Shown: piece by piece, positions 28,685 through 36,550 of the stretch
Position numbering within the stretch: the stretch's first letter is position 1
Layout of the letters: the number at the start of each line of letters is the position of its first letter
NCBI GenBank assembly: GCA_019058365.1
Contig: JAHPZE010000003.1
Span: forward strand, 192,001 to 256,000
Length of the DNA stretch: 64,000 nt
DNA from: Promethearchaeota archaeon
GTDB taxonomy: Archaea > Asgardarchaeota > Lokiarchaeia > Sigyniarchaeales > SOKP01
Direction: 5' to 3'
Notes under the pieces: model-generated
Seen by the model: the letters and a program-made list of their open reading frames with translations, nothing else
Told to the model about the DNA's origin: nothing
The model's database searches: none
Translations under genes and position numbers: made by a program

Positions 28685-29878
28685 ATGATTGTAAGATCTA
28701 ATGTGAATAAATATTATGCAGGGCCTAAGGCTCTATTTGACTCAGATTATATTCCCCCCCACATATTATATAGAAAAAAAGAAGAAAATTCCCTCTTTTC
28801 GATTCTAAATGACTCAATTTCTGATGAGTTTAATCTCAATATAATTTATCAAGGAATTAATGGTATTGGAAAGAAAGTAATAGTTAATAAAGTATTGAAT
28901 GATCTATTAAACCAAAATAAAGATTTCGTTAAAATTAATAAAATTTGTGTGGATTGTAAAAAAAAAACCCCAGAAGAATTAATTTTTTTATTGTTAACCA
29001 AAATAAATGGATTATCAAATCTAAACTTTGATGTTCGATACGTATTAAATTCAGAGATATCTCACTTATGGAATATGTTTAAATTCATTTGTAGTAAAAA
29101 TGATTCTCATTTATTTTTTATATTTAATAACATCGAATATTTAGAACCCGAAATTTTTAAAAAGTTCTTACAATTTGGCAAAGAATCGAATATAACTCTA
29201 ATATCTACTGTAAATAAAATTATACAACCAGGAACAATGGAATTATTCTCTGAATTTGATTTTAAAAAAAAATTGAATTTTTATAATTATCAAGAGCTTT
29301 ATTCTATTCTTAAACAAAGAGTATTACTAAGTTTTTCACATGAAATAGATAGAAACCTAATTAGATATATAACAGATTTAATCTGCGAGCAATATGTACC
29401 AGTTCCGGGTAAAGGAATTGAAATCCTTCGAGATTTATATCCAATATTAAAAAACAAAAATACTTTAGGAAATTTTGAAGTATTAGATATTTGTCAAAAT
29501 GAATTTGATTCTTTTCAAATTTCTGATGAGTTTAGCATGATTAATTATCTTTCTGAAGAAGATATATTAACAGTAATATTTTTAGATAATTTTTCAAATT
29601 ATTTTACTAGCAAAAATAAATATTATATTTCTATAAAAGAATTACACGAATTATATGAAATTTCTTGCGAAAATTTGGAATATGAAAAAAATATTAATGA
29701 ATTTTGTAAAATAATTGAAGAACTTATGAATATTGGAGTTATAAAGCCATCAAAAAGAACAATTCATAAAAATTGTACTCATGAAAGTTTTAATGGTGTA
29801 AATTATGATTCCTTCTTTATATTAATGAATCCTAAACAAATAAAGGTAATTATTGATGCAATTTTTAGCCAGTGTTAA
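28685..29878 (+). CDS. Divergent Cdc6/Orc1-family AAA+ protein with degenerate ATPase motifs
   Basis: LFDSDYIPPHILYR..E, QGINGIGKK, VDC, Y..QELYSILKQR, C-terminal wHTH (ELY...C...F..IIEELMNIGVI). Confidence 0.8.
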   Translation: MIVRSNVNKYYAGPKALFDSDYIPPHILYRKKEENSLFSILNDSISDEFNLNIIYQGINGIGKKVIVNKVLNDLLNQNKDFVKINKICVDCKKKTPEELIFLLLTKINGLSNLNFDVRYVLNSEISHLWNMFKFICSKNDSHLFFIFNNIEYLEPEIFKKFLQFGKESNITLISTVNKIIQPGTMELFSEFDFKKKLNFYNYQELYSILKQRVLLSFSHEIDRNLIRYITDLICEQYVPVPGKGIEILRDLYPILKNKNTLGNFEVLDICQNEFDSFQISDEFSMINYLSEEDILTVIFLDNFSNYFTSKNKYYISIKELHELYEISCENLEYEKNINEFCKIIEELMNIGVIKPSKRTIHKNCTHESFNGVNYDSFFILMNPKQIKVIIDAIFSQC

Positions 29879-30049
29879 ATAGTTCTAAAATTTAAAAGTG
29901 TTTTTTTTAAATTTTAGAAAAAATCTCATTTCAAAGCGATTCCAAAAATCGGAAAATGTAAAACAGATTTTTTTAATAAGATATCTTATATATTTATAGG
30001 TATAATCACACTATTTTTTTATTAATATAGGTAAAAATGGAGATAAATT

Positions 30050-33000
30050 TTGACTCATATTAAAAAAATTTCTATGAGTGGTTTCAAATCTTTTGGAGAT
30101 CGAACAGTAACTATCAAACTTTCAAGCGGATTCACATGCATCGTTGGACCAAATGGGGCAGGTAAATCTAATATAATAGACGCCCTATGTTTCTCGTTAG
30201 GTAGGTTAAGCAAAAAAACTATGAGAGCAAAAAGTCTAGAGGATCTAATCTTTGCTGGTTCACGAGGAAAAAATCCCTCCCAAAGAGCTTCTGTTACATT
30301 ATATTTTGATAATTCTGATAATGTTTTTCCAGGAGTGACTGGTGATTTTGAGATTACTCGTGTTATCAAGAGGGGTGGTGGTGGGGGATATAAAATGAAT
30401 GGAAAAAAAGTCACTCGCCAACAAATACTTAACGCTTTAGCCGCAGCAAATATTGATCCTGATGGTAGTAATCAATTCGTATTACAAGGAAAGATAGTCG
30501 AATTAACACATATGAATCCTGAAGATCGTAGAAAATTTATTGAGGAATTAATAGGACTTCAAAAATACGATGAAATGAAGGATGTTACTTTAAAAGAATT
30601 AGAAAAAGCAGAAAGAGATTTAGGACAATTTGAAGCAATCTTCAAAGAAGTATCCACCCAACTGAAAAAAGTTGAAAAAGAAAAAAATGATGCTTTAGCT
30701 TGGAAAGAATTGGATGAACAAATAAATTTTTTAAACTCACAGTTAATTGCCTTGAAAATTTCAAAATTAAGAGAAGAGGAAGATGAACTAGAAAAAAAAG
30801 TTGAAGTTTCTTCAAAAATCGTTGAAGAACTGCAAGAAAAAATAAACCGGCAAGAAGATGTATTAAAACAAGAATCTCTTGTTATGGATAATATCCAAAA
30901 AACTATTACTGACAAAGAAAAAGAAAGAGAGCAAATAACCGAAAATATAACTCAAATAAAAACTCAAATATCTTCAAGTCAAACGACTTTAGATTTAGAT
31001 AAAAAATCTATCGATAAATTAACTAAAGAAATTGAATCCTTAGAAAGTCAACAAATGAAACTTGAGGAAGGACAGACTTTTGATTCATTAATAGAAAGTG
31101 CATCAAAGGAAATTTCAGAAAATGAAGATCAGATTGAAGAAGCTAAAAAAGAAATTGAAAAGAGGCAACAAAACCAAGCTGAACTAGACCTTAAAATAAA
31201 AAATAATGAAGATGAAAAATCCCTTTTTAAAGCAGAAATATCCAAAATACAACAAAGTGTATCATCTAATAATGCTCAAATTAAGGTCTTAAGAGGAAAT
31301 GTAAAAAAAAATGAAGAAAAGAAGGAAAAATTAGAAAACGAATTACAAAGGCTAAAAAAAGATGCTGAAAGTATCGATGAGGCTATTGAAGCAACTAAAA
31401 AAGCAGAATCAGAAATTAGAAATAGAATAAACGACTTAAATATCAAAATTTCTAAAGAAAATCAAAATCAAAAAGATCTAGAAAATAATATTAACTCCAT
31501 CCAATCAGAAAAAAATCAATTAAATTCTAAATTGGCAAATTTTCAAGCTACCTTATCCTCTATAAGTACAGAAATTAAAATGAATCGTGAAAACATACAA
31601 GAATTAAATGAAAAGAAAACGTCTATAGAGGAAAAGATTACAGATTTAAGTAAAGGTAAAGATGCTGAAAAAGCAGTAAAAGAATTACTGAGTGAAAATG
31701 AAACAATTAATAAAGATTTAATCGATTTAAAAGCAAAATTAAAACAAGAAAATTCAGTCTATAGGAAGAATGAACAAGATTTAGAATTATTGAAAATGAA
31801 GAAATATTCTTGTGAATCAGAAATCAGTGATAATAATGCAAAGATTGATAATATTAATACAGAACTAAAAATTCTTACAAAAGAATTAACAACATTGGAC
31901 CGAGAAAAGAATAATTTAGCGTTGCATGTAGATACCTTAAATAAAAATCTTACAGATATTACAAGTTCCACTGAAAAGTTTATAATTAAAAAGGATAATG
32001 TACAAAGACGTTTAGAGGATCTTTCTCAAGAAAAAGAAAATTTAATAAAAAAAATTGACTCTTCTGAGGAAGAGTACGAGAAAAATACAAAAGATATTAC
32101 AGGAATTCTCCAAATTTTAAATATGCTCACCCAGAATATTAATATCTCAGTTGAATCTATTAAGGGTAATATACAACAATCGAATGCAGAGGCAATTGAA
32201 TCTTCAGCAGAAGATTTTAAAAAGTATATATTAGATATCATTGATATTATGAAAACAGTAGAGGATATTGGTGAAGATACAGATAAATCTACTGAAATGA
32301 CAGAAATGCTAAGCTCTATTATGCAAACTTTAAAAATGTTCACAGATAATGCTGATGACACAATTAATCAATTAATCGATAAAGTAAAAGAATCCGCCGA
32401 CATTGAAGTACAAAGTTCGACCTCTACATTTGATAGTTTTGTTCAAGATTTAATGGAAATTCTCGAAAATGTATATCTTTCTTTAAGAAAACTAACTATG
32501 TCTAAAAGTCAAGAACTATACAAACAATTGGAAGATATTTCAGATACTATTAAATCTCAAACCGATGATTTTAACAAAATTGAGAATCAATTAACTGAAA
32601 GTAATATCCAAGAAAAACACTTATCTGAAAATCTTTCAGTATATAATAAAAGACTTAATGAAATTGATAAAAGAAATACTGAATTAACTGAAAGAATTAA
32701 AAAAGGAGAAAACGAGATTAATGAAAGAGAGAAGATAATCAAGAACAGACAATCAGAAGCTAACACCTTGGATAATGATATAGAGAAATTAAAAGAATTA
32801 AAGGATACATATTGGGATAACCTTTCTACAATTCAAGATGGTATTGATAAAAAACAAAAAGACTCAGAAAATCTGAGAGAAAAATTACAAGAATTGCATG
32901 GAATTCAGAATTTATTTGATAATATTGCTGAAATCGATGATAATATAGAAAAATTGAATAGCACTATTGGAGAAAAGAAAAATTTAATTATAAATACAGA

Positions 33001-34501
33001 AGAAAATATTAAAAATATTCAAGAAGAGCAAAACTCATTACAAAAAAAGATTGATGACCTTGTTCTAAAAAAACAGAATTTCTGGGAAATAACAGAGAAA
33101 TTTCGAAAGCAAATCGAGGATGAAAATAAAGCGCTTGAAGATATAATGGATCGCTTAAGAGCGCTTGAAAATGTAATGAGGATTATCAACTCTATTGAAG
33201 ATATTAAAAAAGAAAATAGTGATGCTAAAAATAGCGTTGAAACTTGCTTAAAGGATATTGAAGGATTGAATTCTCAGGTTGAGGAAATCCAAAAGAATGT
33301 AGATCAAAAACAAGAAGTAATAGATTCTTTAAGAAATGAAAAAATAGAAGAGTTAGAATCACAGAAAGCTGCCCAGAAGAAATTAAACAAATTGAATAAA
33401 GATTTACAGAAATCTCAAGGGAAGTTGAATGAGTTAAATAAAAATAAAGAAAGAGAACAAAAAATTATTGGGTTACATCAAGATATAAAAGATACGGAAG
33501 AACAGATTGAATCAATAATAAAAGAATTAGGTAATTTTAAAGAAATTTTAGATAGTGAAAATGAAAAGAAAAACGAGAAGCAAAAGGAAATTGATAAGTT
33601 TACACAAGAAAAAGATGAATCATGGAAAAAGCAAAAACAATACCAGAAAATTATAACTGACTTAAAATCAGATCTCTCTATGGAGAATTCTAAAATCAAC
33701 AATTTCGAATCAAAGAAGATAATGTGCACCGATCAAATTGAAACTTTATTCCAACGCTCTAAAGAATATGGATCATTACCTCCAATAACTGACGGACTTT
33801 CAGAACCAGAATTACAATCAGATATTGTAGAAAAAACGCAGAAGAAAAAAGCTCTTGAACCTGTGAATTTAAAAGCAATTGAACAATATGACACTGTAAA
33901 AGAAAGATTTGATGAGATAGATATGAGACGACAAACAATACAAAGAGAAAGGAAATCAATTCTGGACGCCATTGATAAAATTGAATTAGAAAAGACAAGA
34001 ACATTTATGAAAGCATATCACGAGATAAATAGAGAATTTAGTAGGATTTTTCAAAAGCTTAGTCCTGGTGGTTCAGCAAAAATGATTTTGGATAGACCAG
34101 ATAAGCCATTTGAAGGAGGTGTTAGCATAGAAGCAAGACCAAGAGGTAAAAAAATCAGTTCATTAGAAATATTAAGTGGTGGTGAAAAAACATTAGTAGC
34201 TTTATCTTTTATATTTGCTATTCAAGAATTTTATCCTGCGCCGTTTTTCGTTTTAGATGAGATCGATGCAGCCCTCGATGGTCCTAATGTCCACAGAGTC
34301 TCCATGCTGCTGAGAGAATTCTCCACACAATCACAATTCTTGGTTATAAGTCATAGAGAAGAGAATATTGTAAACGCAGATAGGATATACGGTGTATCCA
34401 TGCAGCAGTCTGGAATTACAGATATTTTTAGTGTTAATTTGGAGGACGAGGCAAAACGCATTTTAGAGCTTGAAGATATCAAGCCAAATATTACAGAATA
34501 A
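30050..34501 (+). CDS. smc: SMC-family ATPase (condensin-type heads) lacking a canonical hinge
   Basis: GFKSF, Walker A GPNGAGKSNIIDA, Q-loop FVLQG, PVNLKA, LSGGEK, VLDEIDAALD, ISH; about 1100-aa coiled coil. Confidence 0.93.
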   Translation: MTHIKKISMSGFKSFGDRTVTIKLSSGFTCIVGPNGAGKSNIIDALCFSLGRLSKKTMRAKSLEDLIFAGSRGKNPSQRASVTLYFDNSDNVFPGVTGDFEITRVIKRGGGGGYKMNGKKVTRQQILNALAAANIDPDGSNQFVLQGKIVELTHMNPEDRRKFIEELIGLQKYDEMKDVTLKELEKAERDLGQFEAIFKEVSTQLKKVEKEKNDALAWKELDEQINFLNSQLIALKISKLREEEDELEKKVEVSSKIVEELQEKINRQEDVLKQESLVMDNIQKTITDKEKEREQITENITQIKTQISSSQTTLDLDKKSIDKLTKEIESLESQQMKLEEGQTFDSLIESASKEISENEDQIEEAKKEIEKRQQNQAELDLKIKNNEDEKSLFKAEISKIQQSVSSNNAQIKVLRGNVKKNEEKKEKLENELQRLKKDAESIDEAIEATKKAESEIRNRINDLNIKISKENQNQKDLENNINSIQSEKNQLNSKLANFQATLSSISTEIKMNRENIQELNEKKTSIEEKITDLSKGKDAEKAVKELLSENETINKDLIDLKAKLKQENSVYRKNEQDLELLKMKKYSCESEISDNNAKIDNINTELKILTKELTTLDREKNNLALHVDTLNKNLTDITSSTEKFIIKKDNVQRRLEDLSQEKENLIKKIDSSEEEYEKNTKDITGILQILNMLTQNINISVESIKGNIQQSNAEAIESSAEDFKKYILDIIDIMKTVEDIGEDTDKSTEMTEMLSSIMQTLKMFTDNADDTINQLIDKVKESADIEVQSSTSTFDSFVQDLMEILENVYLSLRKLTMSKSQELYKQLEDISDTIKSQTDDFNKIENQLTESNIQEKHLSENLSVYNKRLNEIDKRNTELTERIKKGENEINEREKIIKNRQSEANTLDNDIEKLKELKDTYWDNLSTIQDGIDKKQKDSENLREKLQELHGIQNLFDNIAEIDDNIEKLNSTIGEKKNLIINTEENIKNIQEEQNSLQKKIDDLVLKKQNFWEITEKFRKQIEDENKALEDIMDRLRALENVMRIINSIEDIKKENSDAKNSVETCLKDIEGLNSQVEEIQKNVDQKQEVIDSLRNEKIEELESQKAAQKKLNKLNKDLQKSQGKLNELNKNKEREQKIIGLHQDIKDTEEQIESIIKELGNFKEILDSENEKKNEKQKEIDKFTQEKDESWKKQKQYQKIITDLKSDLSMENSKINNFESKKIMCTDQIETLFQRSKEYGSLPPITDGLSEPELQSDIVEKTQKKKALEPVNLKAIEQYDTVKERFDEIDMRRQTIQRERKSILDAIDKIELEKTRTFMKAYHEINREFSRIFQKLSPGGSAKMILDRPDKPFEGGVSIEARPRGKKISSLEILSGGEKTLVALSFIFAIQEFYPAPFFVLDEIDAALDGPNVHRVSMLLREFSTQSQFLVISHREENIVNADRIYGVSMQQSGITDIFSVNLEDEAKRILELEDIKPNITE

Positions 34502-34607
34502 TGAAAATATTTCATAGAGGTAGGTAATAATTTCAAAAAATGAACACAATTCAGTTGAAAAATATAATTTTAAAGAATGGACTGTAAATGATTTAAGGGA
34601 ATTTGCA

Positions 34608-35537
34608 TTGAAAAACAATATTAAAATTCCTTCTAAATCTAAAAAAAAGGATATTATTGAATTACTTCAAAATATAACATCTAATCCTGATTTCGTTGAT
34701 CGATCCTTAGAAGAAGAAATGAAAGAGCCCGAAGTAGAATTAATTGCTGAGTTTGATGATGATGAGGATCTTGCATTATTGAGAAAAGAGAAAACTGAAT
34801 TGAAATTTTGGCAAAAACCACCCTTTTCAAGTCTTTTAGATACAGAATTAGCAAAAGAATCCGATATAGCTTTTTATGATTTATCAAAATTAGTAGAAAC
34901 TTTTTTTGATAATATGCTACATGAAGAATTGATTAATTATAAGATTTCTGGAATTGCACTTAAAACATCGGCATCTTTACATCATTACAAAATTTCAAGT
35001 ATAATAAAAGAAGAGGAACAAATTCAAAAAAGAGAAGAATTAGAAAAATTCAGACAAAGTCATTCTAGATCAATCCCAAAAGCATTACCTCAGCCAATCT
35101 CCCCTAAAATGCAAATTGCTACCAAAGATGAATTATTTGATGCTATGCGGTCAGCTATTATTGAAGTTATGCAGAATCAAGAAAAACTAAAAAGAAGAAG
35201 AATGCGAAGAGAAGAACTTAAAGATCAAAAGATCCAAATGAAGTCTAAAGCCCAATTACCCAAAGAACTCTTAAAACATATTAGTGGAAAGGAGCAAACA
35301 GTTGAAGAATTGCATGAATCATGGTATAATCGAATAAAAGCTACAATCAATTTAAACAATAAAGAGACTAGTATTTATGATTTAATGAATATTATTAAAA
35401 ATGAAGAAAAAAGTAGTATAGGGAGGAAGTTTTCATTAGTACGTATGTTTTTAGCTTTATTGTTTTTATCTACTGGAAGTAAATTAAACTTATCTCAAGA
35501 GGAAGATTTCCAAAATATTTTAATCGATATTAGTTAA
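34608..35537 (+). CDS. scpA: Kleisin ScpA
   Basis: PPF..LLD...YDLSKLV..F...INYKISGIAL..SA.L...K N-domain; C-terminal FLALLFL...KLNLSQEEDFQNILI wHTH; lies between smc and scpB. Confidence 0.85.
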   Translation: MKNNIKIPSKSKKKDIIELLQNITSNPDFVDRSLEEEMKEPEVELIAEFDDDEDLALLRKEKTELKFWQKPPFSSLLDTELAKESDIAFYDLSKLVETFFDNMLHEELINYKISGIALKTSASLHHYKISSIIKEEEQIQKREELEKFRQSHSRSIPKALPQPISPKMQIATKDELFDAMRSAIIEVMQNQEKLKRRRMRREELKDQKIQMKSKAQLPKELLKHISGKEQTVEELHESWYNRIKATINLNNKETSIYDLMNIIKNEEKSSIGRKFSLVRMFLALLFLSTGSKLNLSQEEDFQNILIDIS

Positions 35538-35578
35538 AAGTAAATCCTATAAAAATTATTATTAAAAGTGGTGAGAAT

Positions 35579-36535
35579 TTGGAGGAAAATTCGGATGAAA
35601 AAACTAACGAGAAAATAGAAAATAATACTGAAGATGTTCTTAATAAAGAAAATATTGAAGTAATTGAAGAAGAAATTAAAGATGTAGAAAATGTTGTTAA
35701 AAAAGAATCTAAACAAATAGATTCAAATGTATCAATAAAAGAAATTGAAGGCGAGATCATTGAGGAGCTAGAAACAGAATCAGAAGATATTGAAAAACAA
35801 GAATTTATTGAAGAATTAGATCAAGAACCAGAAAATCTACTAATCGAAGAATTTATAGTTGAGCAAAATGTTGAAGATACAACAAATATGCATGAAGATG
35901 CGTTAGAAGGCACAATAATTGATGAAAGCGTATTAGAACTTGATGAAAAAGCTCTTCATCGAAATTTTATTGAAGCGGCTCTCTATGCAGCTGGAGGGCC
36001 TTTAACAATAGAAGAGCTATCAAATAAATTAGAATTTCCTAAAAAAGAAGTTGAGAATTTAGTAAATGAATTAGCTTTTGGTTATTTAGAACGTGTTACA
36101 TCACTAATCATTGCACAAATTGGAGATAGGTATCAAATGCAGATTAGACCAGAATATACGGAAAAAATATCAAAATTTGCTAAAGGAGGAGCAATAGCGG
36201 AAAGATATTTAAGAACTTTAACAATTATTGCTTTAAAGCAACCGATCTTAAAATCAATGGTTATAAAATTAAGGGGTAGTGGAGCATATGAGCATGTAAA
36301 GTACCTTTTAGATAATGAATTCATAAACGCTGTAAAAAAAGGAAGATCTCAAGAATTAACTACTACAGATAAGTATGCTGAAATGTTTGGGTTGCCAAAA
36401 GATATAAGACAAATGAAACAAGTTATGGTTACTCAATTGGGACTAGAAGAAAGGGGTAAAAGTGAGTCTTCAGGTGAAATTGAGAAAGTGGATCAAGGTG
36501 AACCTATGAGTGAAAATGAAGAAGGAGAAGAATAA
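35579..36535 (+). CDS. scpB: KITE subunit ScpB with long acidic N-terminal extension
   Basis: IEAALYAAGGPL, YQMQIRPEY, LRTLTIIALKQPI, KLRG, TTDKYAEMFGL. Confidence 0.92.
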   Translation: MEENSDEKTNEKIENNTEDVLNKENIEVIEEEIKDVENVVKKESKQIDSNVSIKEIEGEIIEELETESEDIEKQEFIEELDQEPENLLIEEFIVEQNVEDTTNMHEDALEGTIIDESVLELDEKALHRNFIEAALYAAGGPLTIEELSNKLEFPKKEVENLVNELAFGYLERVTSLIIAQIGDRYQMQIRPEYTEKISKFAKGGAIAERYLRTLTIIALKQPILKSMVIKLRGSGAYEHVKYLLDNEFINAVKKGRSQELTTTDKYAEMFGLPKDIRQMKQVMVTQLGLEERGKSESSGEIEKVDQGEPMSENEEGEE

Positions 36536-36550
36536 ATTTAGAAATCCTTT

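Noticed and set aside
30055-34536. Multiple minus-strand ORFs within smc (similar ones lie within valS, top6B, coaBC, mcm and others)
   Set aside because: Ser/Phe/Ile-rich antisense shadows of Glu/Lys-rich genes; no motifs
30050-36535. Wadjet/MksBEF or Rad50-Mre11 interpretation of the SMC locus
   Set aside because: Heads are Smc-type, gene order is smc-scpA-scpB, and there is no adjacent JetD or Mre11 nuclease. Top6A is about 18 kb away and paired with Top6B.
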